Shown here in pieces: positions 34,801-51,505 of a DNA stretch of 64,000 nucleotides. The position numbers and the translations under genes were made by a program. Numbering within the stretch: position 1 is the stretch's first letter; each line of letters begins with the position of its first letter. Below the pieces are notes generated by a model. The model was not told the origin of the DNA. It searched no databases and saw only the letters and a program-made list of their open reading frames with translations. Origin of the DNA: the human T2T-CHM13v2.0 reference genome, Homo sapiens. The stretch is from the NCBI RefSeq assembly GCF_009914755.1, contig NC_060932.1, one strand, 5' to 3'.

Positions 34801-36227
34801 TAATTTCAACATTAAACTCACCAGGCTTTAAAAGTTTCTGTGTCCAGACTGTGCCCCAGATCAATTGTATCAAAAACTCTGGGGGTGGGAAGCAAGCATC
34901 AGGATGTTTTTAAAACCTCCCTCCTCCCACAGCCTGATTCGTGTTTCCAAAGCATGGCCAATGTTGAGAACAAATGATCTAAATATTGCCACATTTTCTT
35001 TGAAAATAACTATAAAATGAAGCTTTCTTAGATCTTCACATAAAAGAAAGAAGCATAATACATCCAACAGCAATGGAGCTAGTTTTGCTGTAGGCAATAG
35101 CCAAAATGTCATATCATCCATGAGACAGAAAGAAATAATTACTTGCCTTTTTAAAACCCCAATTAATTTTCCCATTTCACCATAACATAAAAGAATATCT
35201 AAAATAGTAGCTAACATTATAAATTAATATTGGTAAAGTTAGATGGAAATTCTGATTCCTTTCCCCATGAAGAAACTCAAGAGAACATTAAGCTATTATC
35301 CCACCAGCCTTTGCCCAAGGCCATGACCAGAATGGTGTGCTGACCTGTACCAGGCTCTCCACATAGCCGTGCACCTGTCCCACAAGATGCTACTGAATCC
35401 CATATGCTTTGTGGGGCCTTAACAACCTAAGCAAGAAGTAGTTCTCCCTCCTCTAAGCTTATAAAGCATTTACTCACTGCACAATTCATTTGGCATTTCT
35501 TAAATACCACCTTGTAACCTTAGCTGTGTGAATGCGCATCTGTGTGTATGTGTAAGGGAAATTGGAACAGAAGCTCCCATTAGACACTTTTGCATTGGCT
35601 CTCTTCTAGTACATTTTCACAATCCCTGTTTCAATTCATAAAAATGCAAAAACCCCCGAAACTCAAGTTTTTTCAGATTCATTTATTACCAAAACCTGAC
35701 CTGAAGTCACATGAGATGATTTATAGTCTTTACATTTGGTATAAACATACATACATATTGCAATAGAATTATTAATATCTTTGGTCATGGACTGCTGTCC
35801 TATCTCCATATAAACACAGTGTATGGTATCTGTGCCTTATTATACATCCCAAATCCTACAATTTCTGATTTGCAAAATACAATCAGCCCCAAATATTTTC
35901 AACAAAAGATCATGGATCTATGGTTGATTCAGAGTCTATAAAATCAATGCAAGCCCTCTAAGGCTTGAGCTAATTGAAGCAAGTCAGTTTTCAACACTTG
36001 ATTTCTAAGAATCACCTCATCATGGAATGAATTTCAACATCACTCTTAGTACCTTGTGCAAGATTTGTCAAGGAGTATGTTATCAGCTGCTGTCACCTGT
36101 TGGATATGTTGTCTTGAGTAATACTATAAAATAATATGTATATTCATCTTATATTTATTTATTCCATGCATAATAATCATAGTTGATTTAAGGATAAAAA
36201 TATTTCTGCAGCTCCTGTGTGTGTCTC

Positions 36228-36609
36228 TATATTAGTCTGTTCTCACCCTACTAATAAAGACATACCTGAGACTGGGTAATTTACAAAGGAAAGAGGTTTA
36301 ATTAACTCATAGTTCCACAGGGCTGGGGAGGCTTCAGGAAACTTACAATCATGGCAGAAGTGGAAGAAAACACGTCCTTCTTCACATGGCAGCAGGAAGG
36401 AGAAATGCCAAGCAAAGGACGGGAAGGCCCCTTATAAAGCCATCAGATCTTGTGAGAACTCACTCACTATCACTAGAACAACAGTGTGGGGGTAACCACC
36501 CTCATGATTCAATTACTTCCCACTGGGTCCCCCCTCCCACGACAAATGGAGATTATGAGAACTACAATTCAAGATGAGATTTGGGTGGGGACACAGCCAA
36601 ACCATATCA
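36228..36609 (-). mobile_element. THE1 (MaLR) solo LTR
   Basis: Reverse complement begins TGATATGGTTTGGCTGTGTCCC; 5-bp TSD GTCTC at 36223-36227 and 36610-36614. Confidence 0.92.
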
Positions 36610-37546
36610 GTCTCTATCAGAAAATTTCCTCATTCTGTAATTGTCTACATTGTCTAATTGTCTAACATATTCTACAACCTAACTCTTCATGGTGCCAGCA
36701 CTTTGCATGCAACAGACACATAGTGTAAATTCCAAGCCTTTTGATGAATAAATGAATGAACGAATAAATAAAATGTTCTTTACACTATGAGAGACTAAAG
36801 AAATATGGTAACCAAGAGTTTTCTTGTTTCTTCCAGATTGTGTCATTTAGAGCTTAGGTAGCTAAGTCCTGTGCCAGTCAATATAAATATAAGCCAGTAT
36901 CTGACAAGGCCCTGGTGGCTAAATTGCAGAAAGGTAACATGTCAAAGTGTACATACATATCACAGTCTCTCTCCTTCTTTTGGATTCAACTAAATATATT
37001 AAAAGCCATTATTCCCCCAAACTTATATTTTCTGGGGTGGCCTATATCTGTAAGTTGCAGAGAGTGCACATCCTTCTGAAAAATTTACTTTCAAACAGGA
37101 AACCTTTTACTCTGACTTGTTTATCCTGGCATCCAAACCCTAACTCCAGCTTTCAGTATGGCCCCAACCATCCTAGCTTTCCTGGGACTGAGAGGGTTTC
37201 CTAGGACCTGTGGTTTTTGGGGCTAAAACAAGGAAAGTCCTAGGCAAATTGAAATTGGTCACCCCAGCTTCGGAGGACAGACTGGATTTAACATCATCCT
37301 GGGAAATTAGTAAAGACTTTGGGAACAACTGTTCCAGAGATGAGAGCAGGTGTTTCAACCAAGAAGACAAGATCCACGGACAGATCTCAAAGCTCTGTCA
37401 GACCACCAGGTGGGCGTCATTAGCTGGGGAAGAGGGTGACACCGTCAGCAGTGAGATAGATTCCTACCTGCCTGTCTGCCTTCTAGGCCCTTCCAGTTTG
37501 CCAAGGAGCCACAGGGTTCTCTGCCATTCAAGCTGACAACATACAC

Positions 37547-37576
37547 TCCTCTCTCTCTCTGTCTCTACATGTCTAA

Positions 37577-37611
<35 letters not shown>

Positions 37612-37626
37612 TTTCTCTCTCTCTCT
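37547..37626. repeat. Compound (CT)n/(CA)n microsatellite
   Basis: Seen directly. Confidence 0.9.
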
Positions 37627-40600
37627 ACATCCCCCATCAAGCTCCCTCCCCAAGCCCCTGGCTCTTTATTTTCTTCCTTCCTTCTTTTCTCCTCTTTTAT
37701 CTCCCTTTTCTCTCATGCTTAATGCTTTCTAGGCTTTAGGATAGTGAAGTTTAATTCATTCTCACAAGGGATGTGGGGGCTTTTGATATAGAGAAATAAA
37801 GCCAGAATTTATTCATTTTAAAGTATGTGGTTTCTCTCACCTAAGCCATTCTTATCCACAACAATAATTCTTCCCAGTTGTGTGATATTGTGCAGTTTAC
37901 TATGTCTGTTCCTTGTGTTTTCTTAAGTTACTCAGAGATCTTGTCTGGTCAATAAGGCAGCTTGAAGCCCAGGGAGATGAACCCACTAGTGTAGAGTCCC
38001 TTGATTAATAAGCAGCAGAGGAAGTGGTAAAGACCAGATCTCTGGACTCTAAGACCAGCCCCATATTTCAATGTCAACTCGTTTCCAATAATGCCTACAG
38101 AGCAATAGGCCAAATAAACAAACAGATTAATTCTAGAATCAAAACACATTTCCTAGGCTTCAACATCTGCTCCCAGTGGGGATTATTTGGAAATGCGCAT
38201 TTTTTCTAAAAAACACTTTTTCTGATTTCCAGTCCCTATGATAAACTGCCTTTATTTTTTTCCTACCCTAAATCAAATTAATGATAGCAGTATTTCTTCA
38301 GCAAATATCACTGTTTTTTTGCAAATGCTACCAACAGTAAAGTTAGATTAGATCATTCAGTGAGTGGCTTAAGAGGCAGCTGTCAGTGTCATTCTGTAGT
38401 GCTGTCACCACACAGTCCAGCCTCCTCTTCAGGGAAGCACCTCACCTCCGTGCCCACCACAAAGTCAGGCCTCATACTTAGATTTATTTTGCATCTCTGG
38501 CAGAGGCATGGGCCTTTTGTGTAGATAGTAGATGCTCAATGAACATGTGATAAATACATGAAGAAAAGTACTGGTGACTTTTAATATCAACTTGGGGGAA
38601 TTTTCATGTTTTGATAAATATTATAGCTAAACATTAAATATTTGATAGTTTCATTAAACTTATTTTACAGGGTTAAAGAAACAAGTTAGATACTCTTAAT
38701 AGATGATAGATTAAATAAATTTTAGTCATCTATACTCTGAAAGACATGCAGAAATAAAAAAAAAAGATATGTTTTAGAAAAGTATTTAGAGACCTGGGGA
38801 CATGTTCAGAACAGGATGTAAACTAAAAGATGTGGTTTATATGTATAATATCAACAAAATCACTTATACACATAGCTGCAAAACTTTATATAACTATAAC
38901 TACTACTATTACTATATATATGTATAAAACAATATAGACTAGAAGGCTATAGATAAAAATCTTAGTAATAGGTGTTTCTGAGTTGTGGAATATGGGTGAT
39001 CTGCTTTGTACTCATGGATATATACTCCCCCATGTAGATGGAAGACATTTTTATTTTACCATTTATATATAGGCCACATTTAATGTTACCTTGTTTTACT
39101 ACAAAGTCTAAAAAACACTGCTTAGGGACCTTGTGGTGCCACAACCCAGTCTTAAATCTCAGAAGATTTTATTTGCAATGCTTTATTATTAATTTATTGT
39201 AGACTTGAGGTAAAATGAGTTGGAGGAAGGCTGGCCCAGTCAGAATATAATGTGAAAGTACCAGCTTCCCTGATTTCTCTAAAAGATCCTGAGAAAAGCA
39301 GTTGTCCCACTGTTATCACAGATCCAAATATGGCTCTAATTGTTTAGATAAAAAGAAGTACCTGTCTTCTCACATGATATGTCTGGATGCGAATTCTGCT
39401 ACCCAGCCCCATGAGATAGAAAAATCCACATGCTATTTATTTTATACCACAAAGGAAATTAAAAAGCACTATAATATATCCGATGTTTCAAAATACATGC
39501 CATTTCACATTTCCTGAGAATGAACAAAGATGAAGATGACTTAAGGGGACTGTCCAATTCAATTATGCATCAACCTTCTAAGTATAATCAGCCTATTAAC
39601 AGAAGTTGCTTCTTTACCCACACTGCATTCATATATCGTCAGTCTTCGTTAAGAGAGTATTCATAGACCATTGAGTTTCATTAATATAGAATAATTCCCT
39701 CTAGTTTCAGTCACTTGAATAAGTTCTAAATATTGTAAGTATGCCTGGTTTCTGCAGAATTTTAATCTTTGAAAATAAGCCATTAAATAGAACTTTAGAG
39801 GGGATAAAAGTCCTTTTATGACTTTCTTGTGTTGCTTGGCAAAAGAATCCAAAGGCTGTAATATTGCACATTCTTTGCCTTGAAATCAAGAGGCCAGAAT
39901 CTAAGGTCCATGAGGCAAGGATTTTTATCCTTTGTTTACTGATAGATTCCAGGTACCTAGAACTGGGCTTGGCACATAATAGGTGTTAAATAAACCCTTC
40001 CTGAATGAAGGGAGCAGCTTATTCTCCATAGTGTAACTTACATAAGAGAAGAAATCACTTCTCTTACATAAACTGCTGTACTTGAGGACATCCTGCAGGT
40101 ATAACGATGAATGCCGGAATCAATGATAGCATCCACTCTGTCCAGACGGATCTGAAAATCAGTTATTTCCCTGTAGTATACTCATGGTATTAAATCTTCA
40201 AACACTACTCAGTCAAGGTGCTACACTCCCTGAGTTCATTATTAAAATCTCCGGTTATGGCCACAGTTCTCAAACTCTGTGCAGAGCTGTCCTGTGATGA
40301 CACAATGAACTAAGTCATAGGAAATCTGTAAGGTATTTTAACATTTTGAGGAAAGCCTCATAACATCTGTTGGACACCACAGGGACCATTAGCTTAAGGT
40401 AGCTCACAGTTTCAACTTAGATGCTACATTCCTTTTGATTATTTTGATTTCTGTGAAACTGGGTTTTTGGATACTGCTGTGTATGACCAGTCAATCAAAT
40501 CATTCACTGAGAAACAAGAAACACAGGTGGCAAGGTCCAATTTGGTTTTAAAGTTATGCAGTACTCACCAGGCAAACACATTCATTAGTGTAGTTATTTA

Positions 40601-40656
40601 AGAAGGAAACAAAAATGTTATGAATTTTTTTTCAATTTATGGGTATAATTATTTCA

Positions 40657-40954
40657 GACCAGGCACAGTGGCTCACGCTTGTAATTCCAGAACTTCAAGA
40701 GGCTGAAATGGGTGGATCACTAAAGCCCAGGAGTTTGGAACCATCCTGGGCAACATGGCAAAACCCAGTCTCTACAAAAAATACAAAAATTAGATGGGCA
40801 TGGTGGCACGCGCCTGTAGTCCCAGCCACACAGGGAGGGGCTTAGATGGGAGGATTGCTTGATCCCATAAGGTCAAGGCTACAGTGAGCCATATTTGTGC
40901 CACTGCATTCTAGCCTGGGACCAGAGGAGATCCCGTCTTAGAAAAAAAAAAAAA
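40657..40954 (+). mobile_element. AluJ-like, apparently within a hAT/Charlie-type remnant (~40260-41115)
   Basis: Dimeric Alu with A tail; host assignment tentative. Confidence 0.85.
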
Positions 40955-42529
40955 TCAGATGGCTACTAAATTATTGGGACATAAGTACTGAAGTTGTTTT
41001 GACCTAGCTATTTAATAAACTTACGTATTAGGCATTTCTTTCGACCTAAGGGAATAGCAAAAGAAAAAGAAAAGTACAGAGACATTAAGACTGTGGTAAA
41101 ATTTCAGAAACTCTAAGAGTTATGACTTCACGCATTGCTTAGCAAGAATCAATGATCTGCTAACTGGGCACTGCTAGAAACCATGACGTCCTTTCATCGT
41201 AAACCTCAAACCCCACATTTAACATGGAGTTCCAAATGGACAACGTGGGCTTCCCTGACAGGAACTGGTTGAGCCACTGGCACTCCCAATGCCCACTGCA
41301 GGTGCCGCTCTTGGAGTACTGAGCTGGAGGCACCCCCTGGATCACAGGCAGTATCCTATAGGAGCTACAGGACTGGTGCACTGACACCTGGGAACTGAAA
41401 CCAGCTTTGGTTCTTTTAATTCTACCAGTCTTCCCCAGACACCTAATCCATACCCCGTGCTCAGGGTTGGGGAATGATTTACTTATCCGGCAGCATTAGC
41501 TATTCAACTAGAGAGCCAGCTTCCTGGATCATTTCTTATATCCTTATGAATATTTATAGAGAATTCAAAGATGAGGAAAGTGATCAGTGCCAGAGGCGCA
41601 GCAGAGAGAAAGTGCAGGCTAAGTTTAGAGGAAGAGAGGCAAAGAGGGTGGCCTTTTGTCCTGGGCTAGAATAGAGCTGTGACTTTAGAATGAATTTACG
41701 GAAGTTGGTGCTGTTCCATTCTGTGAGTGGAATGCCTGTGTCTATAACCGCTCTTCAGCTACCACCCCCACCCCTGAAAAAAGGGACCTCATGGTTTCTC
41801 TATTGAACCTCCATTTTGAGTTGCCTTAAGCATATATCCCTAAAAATAACATTGGTCTTAATAACCTATGGTTTGCAAGCTATGAAAATTGGCTGCGTTT
41901 TGTATTTAAATGATGAATATTAGTTATGCATATATTTTGCATGTATCACTTTGAATTTAATCTAGAAATAAAGCACTTTATCTCAACTGCCATTTGGAAA
42001 CTGCTGTTGAGTCAGTCTATGAAATCAAAAGCAACTCTAGAATTCTTGAGATCAGATGTAAGGTAGATGGGGCTACTCTGCTCCATCATGTCAAGTCCCT
42101 CCCATCACCAAGATTGAAAGAATTCAGAGTATTAAATGTAAAAGCAAGAAGGTACCCTAGTCCCTGAGGGCTTGAAGACCACACCCCTACACCACTGCTT
42201 CTCCAATTGAGCAATGAGGCTGATGAACAAAGGAGCACTGCAAAGGAGGAAGTCAGTTTTAGGGTACATAAGACTTGCAGACAAAAGTTGGAAAATCCTT
42301 AAGCAAATTCAGTCCCTAGGGGAGCAGAAGCCTACTTAAAGCCTGAATTATTCTGCTGTGTCATCCACAATTATTAATTTAACTATGGCTTGGTCAAAAA
42401 TTGCGTACTTCATTATTGCCATGCAGACACAGATGGAAGGGAGCACATGAGACAAAATATGAATGATTTATTTTGAGGGATTTTTTTTAGGACAAGTGTA
42501 TCATTAATAGCCAGTGAGGATGTAGCTGC

Positions 42530-42870
42530 TTTAAAACCTGCTGCTCCAAGTGTGCACCACCCACCAAGACCATTCAAAGCACTAGGCAGCTGATTAAAGA
42601 AGCCCATCTCAGGCCCCAACCTGGACCACAGGATAAGAATCTGCATTTTGCAAGAGGCTTGAGTGACTCATATGCAAATTAAATTAGGAAAGCACTGGAT
42701 TAGGTTCCTGTCAGAATCACCTTGGGGATGTTTAGACACTCAAAGACTCCAGACCCACTTAGGCCACTGAGCTCAGAATGGCTTGGGGTGGGGCCCAGCC
42801 ACGATAGATGTTAAAGCTTTGCAGGTACCTCCAATGGGCAGACAGGACTGGGAACCCTCAGACTGGAGCA
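42530..42870. mobile_element. MER5-type hAT MITE remnants
   Basis: agaatctgcattttg, tcagaatcaccttgggg and ctgggaaccc MER5A-like motifs. Confidence 0.55.
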
Positions 42871-43082
42871 ACAGCGTAGGGATGGGCTTCACTTGCACCT
42901 CAGCCATACCGAATATTCATATAGTCATGTTTCATTCATTCAACTATGTTCTGGCACTGTGCCCTGCCTTAGGTATAGAGAGCCATCCATGACCTCAAGG
43001 AGCTTAAAGTCTGAAATAGACATATTTTGAACTAATTTTACAGGACTATTTTATTAAGATGTATTAATTCTACAGAAGTCTA

Positions 43083-43515
<433 letters not shown>

Positions 43516-45046
43516 GTAATAACAATTTTTAAAAATCATAAGAGCAACAGGTACAAAGAAAATAATATCATGAAATATCATTTTGAAATAAAACCAAAAC
43601 CAGTTTCAAATCACAACTCTGGTGGGTTATTTTACCTACAGTGAGAATGTTTCCTAAAATAAAATGGGGCCAGTGGTTCAATTTCACAACCTTGTTGTGA
43701 GGATTAAAAGTGTCTGTTTGACAAAAGTTACTTTGCAGGCATCTTGACCACAGAGAAAACTAAGACTAGAACCCAGAGCCCCTAACTGCTGCCCTGTGTT
43801 CTTTCCTCAATCCCACATTGCTGGGCTGTGAAGAACATGAGGCGGGAAAAGTGGTTGGTAAGAGTGAGTCAGAAAAGTTAGTGCAATGGTGGTGGCATGT
43901 TCCTGTAGCTGGTCGTAAGTTTGCTGACACTCCAGCAGTCAGAGATTCCTTCAAAGCTATCTACGATGTTTTACAGAATAATAGAAAGTATATATAAGAG
44001 GCAGAGAGATGATATGAGGAAGAAAAGTATATGATGCAGGATAAAGGATGTGGAATTACTTAGCCAGAAGACGGGGCACTGAAGTACAACTTAATGACAC
44101 TTGAGACACATAGAAGGTGACAGAATTTGGGCTGATGGCCAGCTGTTTCCCAAAGCTGCTGAAAAATAGCTTTGAAACACAGAAGAGAGGGAGCTTAAGG
44201 GAGCTGATCCCTGATGTGAAGCCATGCTGACTGTCCCGGGGAGGGCGGTTCTGGGAGGTTGGTAGAATTAAGGATTATTAATACCTGATGGGGGAGGGAG
44301 AGATATTGGGTAAAGCATACCAGCCAATGAGAAAGAGTTAAATAGAATCTTATTGGAAACAGAAAACATGTTGGTGATTCAAGATTCATGAACTTCTAGG
44401 TAGAAGTCATTCTATACCCTACACTCTGGATGAAACATTTTTTTTAAAGCACAATTTTTGAATATTAAATCATCAGGTTTCATCAATTGTATGGACCTCT
44501 TTCTCTCTGACTTACTTTGACTACAAATAAAACCTCCCTTTGTATCAAAAAGGATGGACTAAATGTTCATTTACCACATATACTACAGTGAATCCTTCCC
44601 TCACCTTCTCATCAGCATTCTTGATATATTAGTTTTGCTAACTGAAAATGAAAGGCCAGGCATTAAGATTTCATCTGCTCTGCAGAGTGAAATGCAAAAT
44701 GAAGATGCTAATGATTAGCAGTTTCCACTAATCAGGAAATAATCACAGCAAGAATTCACGGGTAGGCCTTCAACCCATCTCCTGCTTCTCAGTTAAGTGA
44801 TCTCAACAAGTGGCAAGAGAGCAGCAATCCTTCCTTCAGATGACTGAGGACCCTTAGCTTCCAAAGACTTACTGATTTCTAAGTCTTGAGGATTGCACTC
44901 AGAATGCCCAGATCATCTCTTCAGCCAGTACCACGACCAAGACAAACTGCTGCCTCCAAAAAGAGTTGCAAAAACTTCATTGCTTAGTCCTTCAATGCAA
45001 CTGAGCAACAACACCACCACCACAACAAATTTAATAAAATAAAATA

Positions 45047-45413
<367 letters not shown>

Positions 45414-47924
45414 TCAAGATGGCCAAAATACACTTACAAACCTTAGGTGGATTTATGATTAGAGCCATAAACTACTGAGTGCTCAACAAACAATAGAAGA
45501 AAATCACTTAGCAGGAAATCCTACACAAGAGAAACAACTTCTCTGAAGGCTGGTAAAGTGAGGAAAATATATTAAATTTCATATTTCTGTTTTCAGTAAG
45601 TGAACATGCTAGGTGTCTGTGTCATGTGACAATTTACATAGCAGAGTAACCTATCGAGAAATTAGAAATTATTTTCTTATAGGCTCACTTCATTAAAATG
45701 AGAGGAAATTTTGCATTCCATTCCAAAAACGTAGCTAGGCTCTGAAGTCTGGTTTTCCCCACCTCTGGGAGAGGATGAGCAAATGGATTTGTGTTGAGTT
45801 GTCTGAGAGGCAAAGGGATCTGAATGTCAAAGAGGAGTATGCCTGCTGTCAAGAAAGTAATTGGCTTCTTGGGGACTAGGAAAAAAGGGAGTTGTAACTG
45901 TTGATAGAGACCGGAGCAGCTTAAAAACAGTGTGTCCAAGGTGGTGGGACCTCCCTAGGAATGCCTCCCATGGGTCCTTGGTCTTCTTTTCCATGGTCTA
46001 GGTTGAAACGGAGGAGACTTGGCCCATGAAGAAAACAGATGATTAAAATACACTTCTGAGGGAGCCCCAGGGCTGGACCTCCAGCTTGTGGACGCTGAGA
46101 ACACAACAGCATCCTGGGTGAGATCATCAAGTAGCCAGAGTCCACAGGTGGAGACTTCTCTGAGCCCTCTGAGTGGCACTAAAGAGGGAGAGGGAGGATA
46201 CTCCAGTGAATGGCTGGGGCCGGTCTTCTCACTAACCTTCAGGGTCAGAGAACAGAAGTAATTTACATGAATTTAGAAAATATTTTAAAATGTTATGTTA
46301 ATCGCACTCAAATGCCATGCAGTAATTTGCACCTATTGCATCTGATTCTTAAAGAAACCAATCTGAGCATTAAGTGAGAATTTTGAGGCTGATATTTAAA
46401 ATGTATAGATATTTCAAAGAATGGGAATATAGTTTGGGACATTTACTACCCATTATTTCAGGTGTGATGTTTACTTTATGAGTGTCTTCTCAATTTCATA
46501 GACTAGACACTTTTAGGGTTCTTATCTTTAATAGATGATTCAGGAGTTGTTGCCAGAAAATCTTCTGCTTGTAGTTTTTTTTTGAATAGTAATGTGTTTT
46601 GCGTATGGATTTCAAGTCCTGACCATGTCTCCTGTTGACAGTTTCAGAGTATGCACAGGAAATTGATTATTTTATTGTTCTACTATTTTCCTTTATAAAA
46701 GTATGTCAAAGAATATTTTCTGAAACAAAGGTATAACAACATCATAAAAGATGCTGAGATCATCAACTGTCTTATACCACTATGTGATCACTTAAAAGAG
46801 AAAATCGAGTTTACGGTATTGAAAAGGATTGTGAAAATCACCTAGGCAGTAGGCTCCTTGTTAAAATCTTTAGTTTTATCCAATCACTGATCTCTTGTTT
46901 CATTAGTCATCAACTATAAAACAAAAAACACAGCAGTCTTAATCTAATCATTGCCCTAAGCTTGCTATGACCCAGCGCAGAAAAATTATGGCCAAAAGAA
47001 TTCAGCTTACCTCACATTGCTAATGGATTTAAATCCTACTCGCTGTAGGATAGGCATGGACTAACAGGCATGGTTTCTCCCACCAGTGACACCAGGGAAG
47101 CATTACTGCAAGAGAAGTGTCTTTGCTGTCAGCCACTTGTATCACCTTGGGTAAATGGTTTCACCCCTCTGGGCTTCAGTTTTCTCACAAGGTATCTGAG
47201 ATGGCTAAAATAACGATCACTAAGCCCCTTCCAGCTCTGCAATTCTGTGAATCTATTACTTACATTTATGAGCTTAGAAAAGCCAAAACATCAACTGGAA
47301 CAAATGCACTGATCTAGAGATGATGCCTCAGAACATGCCAGCTTTCCTAATTTAAAAGAAGATGCACCACTATTAAGATCTGCTTGTTTGACAAACTATT
47401 GTTTGCATCTATTAAAGCAAGCATCTAGACAGATTATGCCACACAAACCAAATAACCTGATTCAGATGAAATAACTGCTATGGTGTATGAAATCTTATAT
47501 GCAAATATGAGGTGCTGATTGAACCTAGAGTGCATGTATTATTCAAAATTTGAATTTATGTAACTTTCAAGCAGATATAGACTACCCTGATCTTTACTTA
47601 TTCAACAGAGAACTTAAATAAGCAATTCTGTGTCTGGCATGGAAATTTATGTAAAAGTTCTGAAGCTCTGTCTCTCTAATTTTCAACAGGAAATAAGGAA
47701 AAAAAGAAGAGAACCAATAAGATTTTAGAAGAGGAATATACAATAAACACACTTACAATACATGCAATGAATGAGATCATTGCTTATCCGTTGCTTTTCT
47801 TACATTGTTTACTGTTCCTGCAAATAAGAAATACTTGATTTAAAGTGTATAAATATCTGTCTTTGTTGCTACCAATCCACTTAGTGAGAGCCTTGGATTT
47901 TGAAATGTTCTATTCAGTAGACCA

Positions 47925-48510
47925 GCAAATACCAGTAAATCACTTTGCTCCTAGGAGAAATTCAGGGTTAGGTTCCTAGGAACTTGTGGTTACAAGGTTT
48001 TGATCAATCAATATACAACCTTGATGTATGTGTGTTTCTGCTTAAATGTGTCTGATTTAATATAAATGTTTGATTCATTAACTTTAAACTCACCACCAAT
48101 GGCACTGTAACTCATGTCTGAGCAAAGCTTATTTTCTCAGTAAGGTTCATCACAGCCTTATTGTACTTAGGAATATTAGATAGCACTTCAGCACTGCTCT
48201 TGGGGGCCATTTTAAATGGCAAAGTCACCAACAAAAGACACAAAATGTGCAAAACACGTGACACTAAATAGACTGCAAAAAAAAAAAAAGAGAGAGAGAC
48301 TTGTTTACAGAATGAGAGCTGAAACAAGAAGGCAGAATGTCACCGTGTTCAACCTCAGCTGGGAATGTGCACTTGGCATGACTCACATTTTTCACAATTC
48401 CACACATGTCTGGGAATAACCCCAAAAGTGCCAGGAGAATTAATTTGGAGTTACAAATAAATCACAGTGGATTCATAAATACAGAATCCTCAAACAATGA
48501 GGATCAGTTG
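47925..48510 (+). mobile_element. Tigger-family non-autonomous element (MER82-like)
   Basis: ttgctcctaggagaaattcagggttaggttcct...atgaggatcagttg. Confidence 0.65.
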
Positions 48511-49941
48511 TGTGTATGCTTACACTTGTATGTATTTACATACAATAATATATCCATTCCACACTGAATTGTGTGGCAGACACTATAGTAAGTATTTTAC
48601 TTATATCTTCTGCCTTACTATAGTAATTCTGTAATGTGTTTCTGTCACTTTACCTTTAACAAATTGAGGGCTGAACAGTTAAAACCACCTGTGAATGTTC
48701 CCATGGATATAAGCAGAATTTAAAACTGGGTCTGACTTCACAGCCTCTGTTTGTGGCCTCTGGTATTTGGTATATCACCTATTTTACAAAGAAAGGAGTT
48801 TTGTAAGATCAAGCAAGTGGACAGGGATGATACATTCCTGTTAAATTGGAAAACCACTGTTTTTTACCATCATACTTGACTAAAATTTAAATAACCAAGG
48901 TAACTAAATTTGAAAATAAAACTATAGACACTTAACTGCCTATTATTATTCTAATGTATGCTTCCAATTTTTACACATCGAACAAGTATTAATTAAATAC
49001 CTACTATGTGCCCAGAGGTACAGTCATGAACAGAGGCAGTAATAACTGTGGTCCCTGCAGAGCACACCTCAGAATGGTTCTCTATCCATCCAGCCTTGTT
49101 ACTGAAGACACACATAACCCTAGGGCCACTTCAAACTCTGAAGGGTCAAAAATGAAAGAAAGGTTATTGCTAAATTTGATGTCATTACCTGTCAAACTAA
49201 TGATGTCTGGGAATTATATGAAAGATTGCACTCATATCCATTTTTACTGTGAATGATAGATGTGTTCATAAAAGCTTATAACTGAAACAATAACTTTAAG
49301 GGATAATGTAGCCACCAGGATAGATTAGACTCTCCTGTAATACCATACAACCGCAAAGTATCACAATAAAGGCTTATTTCTTGTTCGTGCAAAGTCTAAC
49401 GCAGTTGAATGGCTCTCTTCCATCTTGTAGCCAGGTCTTAACACACAATCAATTGCAAGTCTGGGGCAGATAAAAAGCAAATGGGTGTCTGATAAGCAAA
49501 GTCTCTGCTACAGACACAGATGAATGTTCTTATTAATGCTGGATAGAACCTAACCATTCCAATTATGCATAATCTTAAAAATCACTTTGATGAATGGTGG
49601 AAAATGGAGAATAACTATAGTTTAAGGATTTTCTTCCATACATCAGATTTCCTCTCATTCATATTTTCTCCAAAAGTAAGTTTCTAAAGAGAAGAGTTAA
49701 ATGATGTTTTCTTCAGGATTTTGAATGAGATCTTGCTGATATGGATTTATCATAAAAAAAAAGAGGTTGGGGGCAGGCACAGAATCAGGGCCTATGATCT
49801 TTGCCAGCTGCCAGCAGTTAACTGGAGTTTGCTCATATACCGGGTTAGTGTCCCCTCAAATTTATGTCCCCCTAGAAGCTCAGAATGTCAATGTTTTTGG
49901 AAATAGGTTTTTTGCAACTGTAACTAGTTAAGCTAAAATGA

Positions 49942-50424
<483 letters not shown>

Positions 50425-50456
50425 TGATGCATGTTCCTCAAGATCATCCAGTCTCT

Positions 50457-50610
50457 AGATCAAGAGTCAAACTTTGTATGTAAAGAACCACATAGCAAAT
50501 ATTTTAGGCTTTGTGACCTGGATCATCCCTGTTATAACAACTCACTTCTGCCATTGCAGCATAAAAGCAGCCACAGACAATATGTAAATGAATGAGTGTT
50601 ATTCCAGCGG
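50457..50610. mobile_element. MER58-like hAT MITE
   Basis: aaatattttaggctttgtg...aaagcagccacagacaatatgtaaatgaatg. Confidence 0.75.
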
Positions 50611-51505
50611 CTCTGCCAAGCATTTCAGAAATTCTAGTAAACATGCACCCATCTGGAGAAGGCGACTCAAGTTGCAACTCATTCTGCAGGAGACCCAGAA
50701 GATGCTTGATCAAAGGGCAGCTGGAGGAGGTGGAAAGGTAGTGATTCACAGATCCCAACTGCTCACCCTCATCAGACGAAGTAGCTGGCAGAAGCAATGA
50801 GTTGTGGTTCAATTATTCCAACACAGAAATCACCCCAGTTCAAGAGCCTGTTATTCACGGGGGTGGGGGCAGCATACCTGAGCAAAATTGTTTCTCTTAC
50901 ATCTTGATTCAGTTGACTGGATTTTCTGTGTTCCTTTTTTTTTCCTTTTGTTTTTATTATAGAAGCAATTTCAAGCCAGCTTGGTTAATTAGGCAGAGCG
51001 GTTCCTAGAGGAGCACAAGGCAGCCACCACGTGGAAGGTGAAGCCCTGGAGAAGCTGCTGCTGGGTGTGGCTGCAGGCAGTAAGGGAGGATGGCCATCCG
51101 GACTCCATTCAGGGAGCTGTACTTGATAATTCAGGAGGCCATAGTGTGGGTTTTCTTTTCCAGTGCCTCCTGGTCTTTCTCCTGTACTTGCAGTAACTTG
51201 AGAACAAGCCTCCACCTTATACTCTAAGGCTAGAATTCAGGTTCCTGTTTTGTTTTCTACGCGTGGTCTCCAGCCCAGCATGCTTGTATTAAATGGTGGT
51301 GTCCTGCCATGGTCTTCTCAGCCTATCCTTTCCTAGAACCCAGGACTGCAGCAGGCCTTGCTACCATCTGCCAGGCTTTCCCAACACCGGCACACTGCTG
51401 GTTCATTTGCATGCTCCCTGGGCCCAGAGCCTCCGATGCTGGTGCCATCCTCCTATCAGGCCTTCAACCCTTAACCTGGGACACCCCCACAATGCCTACT
51501 TCTGC